The notes under the pieces were generated by a model. That model was given only the letters and a program-made list of their open reading frames with translations. It had not been told where the DNA came from and ran no database searches. Of a DNA stretch of 64,000 nucleotides, positions 38,109 to 50,615 are shown one piece after another. Positions within the stretch are counted from its first letter, which is position 1, and each line of letters starts with the position of its first letter. Origin of the DNA: Mayamaea pseudoterrestris. Lineage: Eukaryota. The DNA is taken from NCBI GenBank assembly GCA_027923505.1, contig BROI01000016.1, forward strand, positions 62,001 to 126,000. Direction: 5' to 3'. The position numbers were made by a program, and so were the translations under genes.

Positions 38109-38766
38109 CTCGTCATGCATTGAGACTCTCCTGAACCGATTCTTCAAGTTATCATGGAACTGATTGTGTCGTGTCTACATTCACAAGTCCTACGCAAGAA
38201 AGCAAGGCTCGATACCCTCGTTCGTCATATTCGAATGAGGTACAGTCGTTGGAGCCGTCGTCGTCGATGGTTTAGAGTGCAGAGACTGCTTCATTGTTCC
38301 GCGGCAAGTTCGTTCGATGTTCGATGGATGGATGAATGGATCGATCGATGAATGGCATGGACTACCGTATGGGAAGTGAATACGTAGACGTTCCAAGAGT
38401 CGAAGCCGAAAGTGTCCTCAACAAGATTCACTCAACGCGAAATGTCAAAGACGGCCAAGTGCATTGGGGCCGAACTCATTTAATTGTATAGTCATGCTGA
38501 CGGGTGCGAGAGTATTGGTACGTCAGTTGCTTGCATGTTGTTGCTTCACTGTCGGCAGTGCGCAGTGCAGGAAGGACCTTCGTCGGCAATGGATTCGTCG
38601 CGTGGATTAGCAAGTAAAGTATACATCTTGTTATCTAACAGATAGTCTGATCATTGGATCGCCGCGTTCCAATCAGCAGCAATGTGGTAGAGTGTACAAT
38701 AATGATGTAATGGAGCAACTTGCTCGAATTCATGGTCATGGTCGAATTCTTGGTGCTCGCCTGAAG

Positions 38767-39132
38767 CGTTTTCACACTGGCACTCGTTTCATACATAACC
38801 CCTTAGGCTTCGTTTTCACTGGCACTCGTTTCGTACATAACCCATTTAGCCTTCGTTTTCACTGGCACTCGTTTCGTGCTTAACCCCTTCAGGCTTCGTT
38901 TTCACTGGAACTCGTTTCATCATATAACCCCTTGGGCTTCGTTTTCACTGGCACTCGTTTCATATATAACCCCTTGGGTTTCGTTTTCACTGGCACTCGT
39001 TTCGTACTTAACCCCTTTAGGCTTCGTTTTCACTGGCACTCGTTTCTTACATAACCCCATTAGCCTTCGTTTTCACTGGCACTCGTTTCGTGCTTAACCC
39101 CTTAGGCTTCGTTTTCACTGGCACTCGTTTCA
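38767..39132. repeat. Minisatellite, 42-43-bp unit, 9 copies
   Basis: CTTCGTTTTCACTGGCACTCGTTTC plus a variable TAACCC-containing segment. Anchors at 38779, 38821, 38864, 38907, 38950, 38992, 39035, 39078 and 39120. Confidence 0.95.
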
Positions 39133-40311
39133 TACTATGGCCCGCTCCGATCAACCATCCACTTCGCACACATTATTCGATCTTTCGGTTCATTCATTGT
39201 AACACCACCATGGCCATGCCTCCTCCAAGTAGCAGCATCGTGCTTTGGACAGCTCTCACTCCATCCTCGCAGTCTATCGTGGCAGTACTGGATCCAAGCA
39301 GTATTGATAATGGAGGCAGTCTTCGTGTAGACCGGCCCTCACTCCGTTTGAAAAGTCGAGATGTTGGATGTTTGATGCAGTAGTAAACCTGGCTCTAGCG
39401 GAGCTGCTGAAAGATTACTGGAAATGATTAACGGTTGGAAATATGGATGGGTCTTTGACTGGCGTGTCGCTTCGAGAGTCGAGAGGACTGCCTGCCTGCA
39501 TGGCTGCTGACAATTGACAATTCGCCAGCAACATGCGCTAACGCTGAATATTAAGGCCACAATACATTTAGTGCCTCACGAAAGACGATCGCAAGAGCCT
39601 GGCGGAAATCGACAAGTCGCCAAAGGCAAGCGTAGTGACGTTGTCTTCTTCAAACGGACGGACTGCGCGGCATCGCGGCAGATTGATACGTCCAAATGCC
39701 TACATGATGCTTCCAATCGTCGCGCCAACGACAAATCTGGGCCTGGATTATAATGTGTCCATTGCAGTGGACAGAAAATGTCTTGCGACTGGATTCTTTT
39801 GAGCTCGAGCCATTGGCATCATGTCCCTGTCCCTCGCCGACCTAGCCGCATTGTCGGATTGAAGATAACAAGTGGCGCTTGGTCTGTCAGACTCGTAGTA
39901 TGTGGCAAGCCGAGTCATCCGATGGCTCTCATTGCTTTCCAGAACAATAACGAACCGACGGCTACATGTTTCAAGAAAAATCACTTATGGCTGATGAAGA
40001 TGGTTGATGGCTACGAGTGTATTTGTGACGAGCATTATTCCGGCCTTTTCGTCGTCTCGGTGAGCGGTGAGCATGCAAACATCCAACAGCTAGCACACGC
40101 CTGTATCCGCTCAATTGTTGAAATGTTTGTTGAGGTATAAAAGATTGCCGCAAAGGAGCGCGATGGTGAAGTTGCTCGCTTGATACTTGAGCGTATCTTG
40201 GCAGCAACTCATCGGACAACCTGACGCGGCAATCGATCGTGAACACACATCCCGTAATACAATATGCTGTTAGTTATAGTATACTGTTTTGTACTGTGCA
40301 GCTAATCTAGT

Positions 40312-41557
40312 CTATGGAGATGCTCGCTCTTCGTCAATGTCGTCATCGTCGAGAGCTTTCTCGATCGCATCATTTTCGTCATCCGCACTCGAAAGAACTT
40401 GACTCTCTGACTTTTCTATATCCGCACCTTTGGCAGTTTCGTCGTATACAAGCTTGCCCGAGGCAAGGTCCGCGTCAATTTTCTTTGTTTGCCTGATTTT
40501 GAAGTAGTGCAAAGCTCCGCAAACTGCCAACCATCCCCAAAACAAGCAAATCTCTGCCAGTGTCCGTTCGCTCGTGTACCCAAAAGGCTTGATAATAACC
40601 ATCGGCAATCGATTGTCGTACCAGAACTTGTGCCGAACCTCCCAAACCACTCGGCTCTCTTCGGAAACCTCTTCAAACTCGTGTGCGCCGCCAACTAATA
40701 GTCCTGTCGCAAGAAACACTGCGACCAGTGTTGACAGAATGCACAAATAGAACTTGTTCTTCATTTTTTGGTTTGCCATGTAGATACCAAACCCGGCGAG
40801 GCATCCAACGAAAATTCCAATGACAGCTGAGAGAGGTATCGACCCTAGATGATGGCCGGTCAAGAAGCTCGGCAACAAGAACATGCCGCACTCTGCAGTT
40901 TCCCGCCAAATGTTCCACGCGACATTGAATCGAATCGTCGTCAAGTTGAGGTCCAAGCCCGTCTGCACTTTGCCTCCTTTAGTCGACTTGTAAAAGCCGA
41001 GCCACTTTGGCATCTTTAGCGAAAGCTGTGTAACGCAGATGGTCGCTACCATTTTGCTCACACCCTCGATGGTGGAGCCAATGTGACCGTTAATGCCTTT
41101 GGAAAGGACGGCCAAAGGAATGGCGACTATCGTGACAACCAGTATAGCAACAAATGCCGCCGCCAAAGCTGATGTGGTAACGGCTCGTAGTAACTTCTTT
41201 TGTGTTGTTTCGTCGCATTTATTTTCACTGCGTAGAATGGCCGTTCGAAACTCGCCTGTAGGTGAATGAAGAAGAGGCGAATGAGCAAGCCATGACTTAC
41301 ATGCATTGGGAAGATGCATTGTAAAATTGTTAAGATGACATGTTGATCGCATAGCTGCATTGATTCAGCTTAGAGCGCCCTCGTGACCCGCCTGGATGTG
41401 ACTTTCCCGCGGCGAAAAAGTGGTGCAACTCATAACTACCGGTCGACTCATGCGGATAGCGCCATCTGCGGAACATACCTATAATGATCATGGCTTCCAT
41501 ACACTCGCGTGCAAAGATTGTGGCGACGGCCATGTTGAAAAGATCTTTGTTGCCCAT
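40312..41557 (-). CDS. FTR1-family iron permease; exons 41479-41557 and 40312-41255
   Basis: Two RExxE motifs (FARECME, WRETAE), multiple TM segments and GAHEFEE. Removing the GTATGT...TACAG intron at 41256-41478 gives MIIIG|EFRTAIL. Confidence 0.88.
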
Positions 41558-42825
41558 TTTAGATTGGGACGAAGAAGTTTGCAAAGCAAGCGCCGATTGT
41601 TGCGCAAGTCGAATGGGCCAACTTGTGAGGCTTGTGGATGATTATGCAAGCCTGATCGACATGGATTGGGCATTGCAAATACATGAGCATGCTCCGCATG
41701 CTCCGGTCGCGTGTCACCTCGCACCTTCACACGCAAAAGAAGGAGTAGGGGGCTGTGCTTTTCTTGATAAAGGTAGCTTGATGTCGCAGCAACACTCATG
41801 ACTTGCATCAGTCGAGTCGCGCCGCGCCGTCGCGCCACAAGCAATCACATCAACTGACTGTGAGTTCCTCTTCCAGAGCACCTTTCCCACGCATCTCTTG
41901 CGCTCGACGAGTCATGAAGCAAACGAACGACTTGAAGCAACAATTATGACGTCTCGAGCATTGAGCTTCAAGTCGCGGCGACTACTCGACAATCTACCGT
42001 CCATTATGGCGGCTCTGCGGCTCTGCGGCTCTTGGTGCGAGCAAGAAGCAAGAGCGAACGCATGCTTTAAGAGTAGGGAATGTTGATGCAAATTCAGTGT
42101 GACCAGCGATCCCATGTGTACAAATGTATACTCGGAAGCTGCAAATGGTTCCTGCGGCTACGCAATATGCATTGTGCGTCGCTTGCAGCCTGCAATGGTG
42201 CACTCCAACGAATAACTCGACGGAAGAATGAGCTTTTCCGAGCCAGCAACTCGTATTATCAATAACCAAGCTCCTGCAGCAATGTCAAGAAGGTGAAGCG
42301 AAAAATTGAAACTCTGGTTTGCCTTGCTCGATTGCCGAGGCGCGGAAGCGTTTTGGCAAGAATAGAAGTCTACTTGCATGCGCATCAAATGACCCCGATT
42401 CTTCATTATTTGATCGACATTGATTGATGGCTGAAAGGCGAACTCTAATCTCGCTCTAGTGTTCGAAATTCCGAAACTCTGTCAAGCATCCAGACTGTAC
42501 ACACTGCAACATTAAGGCTCTGGGGAGCGATGGACGACAACATTCATGTCAACACAGAATGACTCGAGGCTGCAAATTGTCGATGCTTGCTCACCACATG
42601 GCATGCCTCACACCAGCTCAATGCCTCTCCAAAGACTCCGTTGTGCTTGTGACTTTGGATATGATTGCGATTCTCCGTTTGCCGGATACATGTAGCTGTG
42701 ACGTCCGGCTTGGAAAGACGGATCATACGCCTATTTCACTATCTGTACGGAGAACCTTGGCCTAGTCTCGTTCGACTAGCAAAACAGTTTGCTCCTACTA
42801 CGACAGTCGCTATTCTCTCTTCACC

Positions 42826-42905
42826 CGCCATATTCCGCTGTCGGCAAGAGTTGAGTGACCGTGCTCTTCACCCGCCATACTCCCGCTGTCGGCAAGAGTT
42901 GAGTT
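42826..42905. repeat. Direct tandem duplication (~47-bp period, 2 copies)
   Basis: CTCTTCACCCGCCATA..CCGCTGTCGGCAAGAGTTGAGT occurs twice. Confidence 0.85.
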
Positions 42906-43798
42906 TCCGCACAGCTGTCTCGGAGCAACGACTACAACCATACAGTTGTGTCTTCAAATTTGGTCAAACCCACCTAGAGCCGGCGATAATCTGAGAATGA
43001 CCTCGCATGCCAGGGCTTTCTGATGAGCTGCGCATAGCGCGAGCCTGACGAGACTGGGAAATTACCCTACATAACGTCCAAGACGTGTTTCCGTCCAGCT
43101 TTTCTTTTCTGCGAGCAGTGTGTTGCATTTGAACAGAACGTGACAATTTATAACAGTATAACAGTCAATAGATTAGTGAGTAGAATTATACCAGATGATT
43201 AATAGAGGGTCGTTAGTGACCGGCAACCCAATAGAATGATGCAAGCATTTCGCATTTGCACCTCGACTGTCGCGACGCGTCATACCATTCCACGTTCCAC
43301 AGGAGCGTCCGGTAAAATGACTTTTCGCCAAAAGTGTCGCACTGGCACTCATCATTCCGTTGACGAGACACTAAATCCGTTGGAAAGCGGCTGGCGTGGC
43401 GCGCCGGCACACCCAGCTGTTGCGCGAAGGCTAAATTCTTCTATCAGCACTTCGCTATAAGAACTTTGCTTAATCAGCACATCGCTATCAGAACTTTACT
43501 TTATCAGCAAAGTTCTATCAGAACTTTGCTTTATCAGCAGAATGCTATCTGTGACTGTACGTGAAACAGTACGAATCGTTAGTATGGCCTTCGACGACGC
43601 TCTTTGCCGCTTGCTGCTCGTGCATCCTTTACGTACAGGCACCACCATAATAAGAAGCTGAAGAAGAGCGCTGCTCTTTATTTAGCAATCAAAGTAGACT
43701 AATTAACATATGACGATTCGATCTGTCCAGTTGGTTTGCTCGCGCGGGCACTGTGGATCCCGCGACAGCACGATTTATTTATGTTCATGGAGCATCAG

Positions 43799-44009
43799 TG
43801 TTGAGCATGGATGAGAACCCAAACCGAAGCGGCAGCGGTGACGTCACGAAGACGGTCACGTTTAAGTAAGCGCGGTAAGCGGCAACCGAAGGAGTGGATC
43901 GAGGACGATCACTTCTTGGAGAAAATAAGTAAAGTGGTTTTATTGACTCTGTTCTGCTTAATCATTAGTGTCGCTTCAAGGGCGCGCAAGATATATTCTA
44001 GATCCAACA
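43799..44009 (+). repeat. 5' LTR
   Basis: Direct repeat of 48807-49017. Confidence 0.97.
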
Positions 44010-44036
44010 TTTTCTCCAAGAAGGGAGTGAAAAGAC

Positions 44037-47000
44037 ATGTCTTCGACGAGCAATACTCCGACGACAGGAGCGGCGTCGAGCGGTGGAGGTGCGCCTCCCG
44101 CTCCGCCAGCAAGCGAAGGAAACCGACGCAACCGTCATTATCGTCGTGGGAATCGTGCTGGGAATCGTTCCGGGAATCAAGGCAATGGTAACAGACTCAA
44201 CGGACCGAGTCGTGCGCCGAATGGAAATTTCCAAGGAAGCGAGCCGACGCTCGCTGGATTCATCTTCGACTACAACGGTTCGCGCGATCCCGATGGATTC
44301 ATCCGCACGACGAACGAGATCATCACTTTCGTTGGGCGCTCCTACAAGAAATATACCAAGGAGCTGCTCAAGGGCATGCGCAACGTGGAACTGGAGATTC
44401 CTGACGAGCCTGCGCGTCCAACGAAGGATGCCGACACGACGGACTCGGACTGGTCCATAATGCTCGAGGAATACAAGGCCGACAAGAAGGAGCATGTCGA
44501 GCGCGTGCGTGTGTACTCCGACTTCCTCGCTGGTCTCTACGCCGTGTTGTATGGACAATGCACGGAGCGTATGAAGGATCGTGTCAAGTCGCACGCCAAG
44601 TTCCGAGACGCCGAGGAGGACACGGACGGAATTAAGTTGCTGGCGATTATCAAGGAGATCTCGCATACGTACGAAGGGCGCTGCAAACTTGTGGATCAAG
44701 TCGTGGACATTCAAGCTGAGTTGTTCGGACGTACTCAAGGAGCGCGCGAAAGCCTGCAGAAATATTACGAAAGCATGGTCACGCTCGCAGACGTGGCGAA
44801 GGCGGTTGGCGTCACGATGCACAACGAGATCGTGGCATTGAACATTGCCAAGGATGACAATCGTAACAAGGCGAACAAGGAGGATATCAAGGCCGCCGAA
44901 GAGCTCGAGCTTGCGATGCTTTTCGTGCGTGGCGCAACGGGCGAATACGCTGGGTATTGCAAGCACTTGCGCAACTGCTACCTCGACGGGCACGACAACT
45001 TCCCGTTGACGATCCACGATGCATACAACATCATGCAGCGTCGTGAGCATGCGGATGGAGAAGCCACGTTGCCAACGAACGAGGGCGTGGCGTTTCACAC
45101 GACTGGTACAGCGCGTGACCCTCCTAGATGCTGGACCTGCCAACAGGTTGGTCATGTGCAGCGAGACTGTCCTACGAGAACGGAGTCTACGGAGAGTGCG
45201 CCGGCTGCAGAGGCTAGCGGGGCGCAGCACTTCACGCTGGGTAGCGAGGAAGATAGCGATGACGACGACGAGGTCGGATACATGTTCGCGCAGCCGCCGA
45301 AGGTGAACATCTCGAAGAAGGCTGTGCTCTTGGACAATCAGTCGACAGTGGATCTGTTCTGCAACGCCAAGATGCTGACGAACATTCGCCCGGTGCCAAC
45401 GTGGATGGTGATCAAGTGCAACGCTGGTACAGTAAGGACGAACATGATGGGCGACCTGGAGGGCTACGGTCCGGTGTGGTGGTATCCGCAGGGACTGGCG
45501 AACATTTTGAGTTTGGCGCAAGTCCGAAAGAAGTTTACCGTGGAGTATCTCATGCACGGCGTGGAGCGTCCAATGTTTGTCGTGGAGAAGCCGGACGGTA
45601 AGCAGCGCGAGTTTGTCGAGACTGACTCTGGGCTGTATGTTTGCGAGAGCTTTTCGAAGGGCAAGCGCGGTGATGTCAAGGATGGAGTGGCGATGTTGAC
45701 TACGGTAGACGATAACCGTACTAACTACACCAATGATGACTATTTACGCGCTGTTAGAGCTAGGGAACTGCAAATCAAAATTGGACGGCCAAGCCTCAAG
45801 GATTACCTGCGTATCGTTACTAGCAATCAGTTGCCGAACTGTCCTGTGACGAAAGCCGACATCCTGGCTGCTGAGCACATCTTTGGACCAGATGTTGGCT
45901 CGTTAAAAGGAAAGACGACGCGTCGCGCGTCGCATCTGGTGAAGCCAGCGATTGTTGAGCAACTTCCACCGGCTATCATGAGTCGCTATCGAGACGTTAC
46001 TCTTTGTGCAGACATCATGTATATCAATAAGGTCCCTATGTTGGTGACGTTCTCCCGCAGCATTCGTTTTGCTACGGTCGAGGTGATTCAAAACCGTACG
46101 CTTCCGGTTATGTTGAAGGCAATCGAGTCTGTGTTGAAGATTTACGCACGCGGTGGGTTCCGTGTCGTCGCGGCTCTGATGGATGGGGAGTTTGCTCCCA
46201 TGCTGGGCGCGTTGGCTGATCTCGGAGTAGCGCTCAATGCGACGTCTGAGGATGAGCACGTTGGCGAAATCGAACGTTTTATCCGTGTCGTGAAGGAACG
46301 GGTGCGAGCGACATACAACACGTTGCCGTTTAAGCACGTGCCAGCACGCTTGGTTATCGAAATGACGAAGTCTGCCGTGTTTTGGTTGAATGCGTTTCCG
46401 CACGAGCGTGGCATTTCGAAGGATCTCAGTCCACGCACCATTGTGACTGGTCAGACAGTTGACTTTAATCGGCATTGCAAGTATGAATTCGGTCAGTATG
46501 TGCAAACGCATGAGTCGCACAGCAATGACATGCAGGCGCGCACGATTGGTGCGCTGGCTCTGCGCCCGACTGGTAATGTGCAGGGCGGGTTTTATTTCCT
46601 CAGTTTGTCTTCGGGGAAAATTCTGAATCGTGGCCACGCTACGCCTTTGCCCATGCCTGATGATGTCATTGAACGCGTGCACCGTCTCGCTCGTCAACAG
46701 AAGGCTAATCCGGGCATCGTGTTCATGGACCGCCACCGTGTTGCGGAGGCTGCTGAGCCCGTCATGTGGCACGATGATGACGACGCGGATGATGATGACT
46801 CTGATTACGATGACGACGCTTCTCGCGGCGACGACGACTCTGCCGGCGGAAGCGAAGGAGTGAATGCGACCGATGACGATGACAGCGACGACGACGCTGG
46901 TGCTGACGGCGCAATCGAAGGAGTGCCGGGCGATGAGGCTGGTGATGGTGAGGCCATTGACGATGAACGTGACGACGCGCCGGCCGTGGATGATGGCGAA

Positions 47001-48877
47001 ATTGAAGGAGTGCCCGATGAAGGCGAAATTGAAGGAGTGCCAGCTGCTGCAGACGAAGAGGATTTCGATGCGCGCTATGGCCCACGCACTGGTCGGTATG
47101 GCCTGCGTGCACGCAGACCTCGATCGTTCGCTCATTTGTTCACGCTCGACGCTGCAGAGGAAGTGTCGGAGCCACTCGTCACGGCACAGATGAACATGCG
47201 ACAAGGTTTAAAGGCTTTTGGCGATGCTGGAGTGGAGGCAGTGCGCAAGGAAATGCAGCAGCTACACGACAGGCACGTCATGAAGGCAGTCCCCCAGTGC
47301 ACTCTGACTCCGCAGCAGCGCAAGGACGCGCTGGCGTATTTGATGTTTCTCAAGCGCAAGCGATGCGGGACTGTGAAGGGACGCGGATGCGCAGATGGAC
47401 GCAAGCAACGCGCATACACTGCAAAGGAAGACGCAGCATCTCCAACGATAGCGACAGAGGCCATATTTCTGACGGCTATCATTGACGCTATGGAAGGGCG
47501 CGAGGTTGCTGTGGTCGATGTACCGGGCGCTTTCATGCAAGCGGAAATGGATGAGTTGGTGCACGTTCGTTTCACTGGAAAGATGGTGGAGCTACTGTTG
47601 GAAATTGATCGCGAGATGTACGAGCCTTGCGTCACAATGGAGAATGGCGAGAAAGTCATGTACGTCGAATTACTCATGGCGCTTTATGGTACGCTTCGCG
47701 CAGCGCGACTATTCTGGGAGAAGTTGTCTGCAAAATTGCTTGAGTGGGGCTTTGAGAAGAACCCGTACGATCCGTGTGTGTGTAACAAGATTGTCAATGG
47801 AAAGCAAATCACCGTGGGATGGCACGTGGACGATTTGAAGATTTCACACGTCGACGTGAGCGTAGTGGATGAGTTCATCGCGCAGATGGATGAGGAGTTC
47901 GGCAAGGAGACTCCCATGAATAAGTCACGTGGAAAAGTGCACGACTACCTCGGCATGGTATTGGACTATACTAAGCCTGGAGAAGTAGCAATCAACATGA
48001 TTGACTATGTGAAGAACATCCTTCATCATGCGCCGGACGACATGGATGGAACGGCAGCTACTCCGGCCGCCAGTCACTTGTTTCAGATCTCGGAAAATCC
48101 AGTCATGTTGAGCGAAACAAAGAAGCAGATTTTTGTGACGATTGTGATGCAGTGTCTGTATCTGAGTCAGCGAGCGCGACCGGATATTCGCACAGCGATT
48201 TCTTTCTTGAGCACGAGGCTGCAGCAGCCTGACGAAGACGACTATAAGAAGGCTGCAAGAGTGATTAAATATTTTTGGGAAGCGTGGATATGGTGTTGAC
48301 GCTGAAGGCGGACCAGTCCGGGATAGTCCAGTGGTGGGTGGATGCGTCGTACGCGGTACACCCAGACATGAAGGGTCACACTGGTGGAACAATGACACTT
48401 GGTCAAGGATCAGTGTACAGTACGTCGGCTAAACAGAAGTTGGTAACAAGAAGCTCGACGGAGAGTGAGGTCGTGGGAGTTCATGATGTGCTACCGCAGT
48501 TGCTGTGGAGGGATATTTTTCAGGGGGGTTTGGGGGCAGACGTGTATCAAGACAATATGAGTTCAATGCTGTTGGAAAAGAATGGCAGAAGCTCAAGTAC
48601 AAAGCGCACGCGACACATGAATGTTCGGTACTTCTTTGTGAAGGATCGCGTGGCTGCTGGTGAAGTCAACATTGAGCATTGCCCGACCGGAGACATGGTC
48701 GCGGATTTCTTTACGAAACCATTGCAGGGAGCCCAGTTTGGAAAGCTCCGCAACCTGGTTATGAATCTGGCCTCGAGCAGTAAGTACTACTCGGACCAAA
48801 GGAGTGTGTTGAGCATGGATGAGAACCCAAACCGAAGCGGCAGCGGTGACGTCACGAAGACGGTCACGTTTAAGTAA
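44037..48877 (+). CDS. Copia Gag-Pol polyprotein, split by a frameshift at ~48270 before RNase H
   Basis: CCHC knuckle CWTCQQVGHVQRDC; protease LLDNQST; integrase ADIMY..MDGEF..EIERFIR; RT VDVPGAF..WHVDDL; RNase H WVDAS..SSTESE..YQDN..ADFFTK in ORF 48275-48877, which ends inside the 3' LTR. Confidence 0.93.
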
Positions 48878-49017
48878 GCGCGGTAAGCGGCAACCGAAGG
48901 AGTGGATCGAGGACGATCACTTCTTGGAGAAAATAAGTAAAGTGGTTTTATTGACTCTGTTCTGCTTAATCATTAGTGTCGCTTCAAGGGCGCGCAAGAT
49001 ATATTCTAGATCCAACA
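48807..49017 (+). repeat. 3' LTR
   Basis: Direct repeat of the 5' LTR, preceded by a short purine tract AAAGGAGTG. Confidence 0.97.
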
Positions 49018-49712
49018 ATCAGTTCTGCTGTCGCAGCAAACTCGTCGTACTTTTCATAGGGAATCATCATTATAACACCCAGTACAAGGCTCAAGCAAGC
49101 TTCTTGTCATGGCAAATACAAACATCCATCTTTAGCAGCAATCAGTATGGCTAGCCAGTGCTTGTCGATGGTGCCATGGTCGTTTTCGTCGTCGTCAAAG
49201 TCGGTTGGTGGCAGTTGTACAATCATCAACAAGACATAAGTAAAAAACAGCTGATTTGTTGCTAGCAACGAATCACAATCAACAAGAATGTCAAATGTGC
49301 AATCAATCTTTTTCAAGAGTGTACTTAGACAAAAACCGTTATCAGCAAACTGCTATCAGCACATTGCTGACTAAGTAAATCGCTATCAGCAAAGTGCTGA
49401 CTAAGTAAATCGCTATCAGCAAACAGCTGACTAAGTAAATTACTGATAAGCCCATTGGCGATCCGTCGCCGCGCAAGCATAGCCTGGCTATGCTCGCGCG
49501 CATTTTCGCCAATCAAATCTCATCCACGACTGACAGCTGACCCGGTGCGACATTTTTCGTCGAAAAAGTCTTTTTACCGGAAGCTCCAGTGCATACTCGC
49601 CGCGAAATGAATCGACTGTTCAACTCGCTGCGAAGATAATGGACTGCATTGGTCTTCGGTTTCATAAATCACGCAATCGAGTATTGTGCAGCCTCAATTA
49701 ATCGCTTCGACC

Positions 49713-50615
49713 ATGACAACAACCCATGCCGACCCCGAAGAGGTAGCCGCCTGCGCCAAAGAGCCCAGCGTCGAGATAGACAAACTTGACCACGACGAAA
49801 AAGAAGAGGAGAAAATTGCGGATATTGAAGAAGACGAGGAGGAGGAGGAGGAGGAGGAGGAGGAGGAGGAGGAAGAAGACGATGACGACGACGAAGACTT
49901 CGTCTTGTCCAACGCCAAGAAGCGCAAAGCGCCCAAATCAAAGGCCAAGTCCCCGGCGAAGAAAGCCGTCAAGAAACACACGCCCGCCAAGACCAAAAAG
50001 CCCGCCGCCAAACCCAAAGCGATTCGCGCTCCAAAGAAGACGCCTGGTGGTAAGTAAGGCTCCGACAATGGTACCACTGTCAAGGGAGGCAACCCGAAGG
50101 ACAATATTATCAATGGTCTCCTCGAACTGGCCAACTTTAACATTGTCGATGCATCTCGCGTCCATACTGCTTTGCTTGCTGGTTACAAGAACCCTCGTAG
50201 TGACGGATTTGCCAAAGCTCTCAAGGCGTTGGAATCGGAAGGCAAGATCGCGCTGACAAAAAACTCGGTCCGTGTGACCGACAAAGGCAAGCAGTCGGTC
50301 CCACCCGTGCCTCCCACCAAGGACAATATTGAAGCCCTGGAGCGTTTGAAGAAGATTATGAAGATGGTTTGCGGCAAGAAGGGTCCCAAGTCCGACTTGA
50401 TTTGCGACTTTCTTGGCGACGGCCAAGCGCACTCACTCAAATCGGTTGCAATGGCATGTGGCTATACGAACGTTCGATCAGAGGGTTTGACCAGTGTCTT
50501 GACCACCTTGACGGACTTGAAGCTACTCGACAAGGATGCAGGATCCTTCATGTTGGCGGATATTGCCTTCCCGCATGGCCGTTCCGGTGGAACCGTTACC
50601 AGTGAGAGTGAGTAG
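49713..50615 (+). CDS. Paralog 1: acidic tract, H1-like basic tail and tandem winged-helix-like repeats; in-frame TAA at 50055-50057
   Basis: ORFs 49686-50057 and 50172-50615 share a frame, and the intervening codons (GGNPKDNIINGLLEL) align to paralogs 2-3. Ends LADIAFPHGR. Confidence 0.7.

Larger units (their letters stand above)
43799..49017 (+). mobile_element. Full-length Ty1/copia LTR retrotransposon (diatom CoDi-like)
   Basis: 211-bp LTRs at 43799-44009 and 48807-49017 (TGTTG...CAACA), apparently identical. 5-bp TSD ATCAG at 43794-43798 and 49018-49022. Domain order gag-PR-IN-RT-RH. Confidence 0.97.
43298..49591. mobile_element. Putative non-autonomous TIR DNA transposon (CAC..GTG ends, subterminal repeats; ~1.07 kb without the nested copia)
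   Basis: Imperfect ~50-bp inverted termini at 43298-43345 and 49542-49591. Arrays of TATCAGC-containing subterminal repeats at 43440-43550 and 49340-49450. No clean TSD. Confidence 0.7.

Noticed and set aside
38767..39132. CRISPR-like repeat/spacer appearance (also at 52642-52863)
   Set aside because: The variable parts are short and related to each other, there are no cas genes, and the context is eukaryotic.
43998..47204. Long antisense ORFs (519 aa and 433 aa) over the copia
   Set aside because: Shadow frames of the codon-biased gag-pol with no recognisable motifs.
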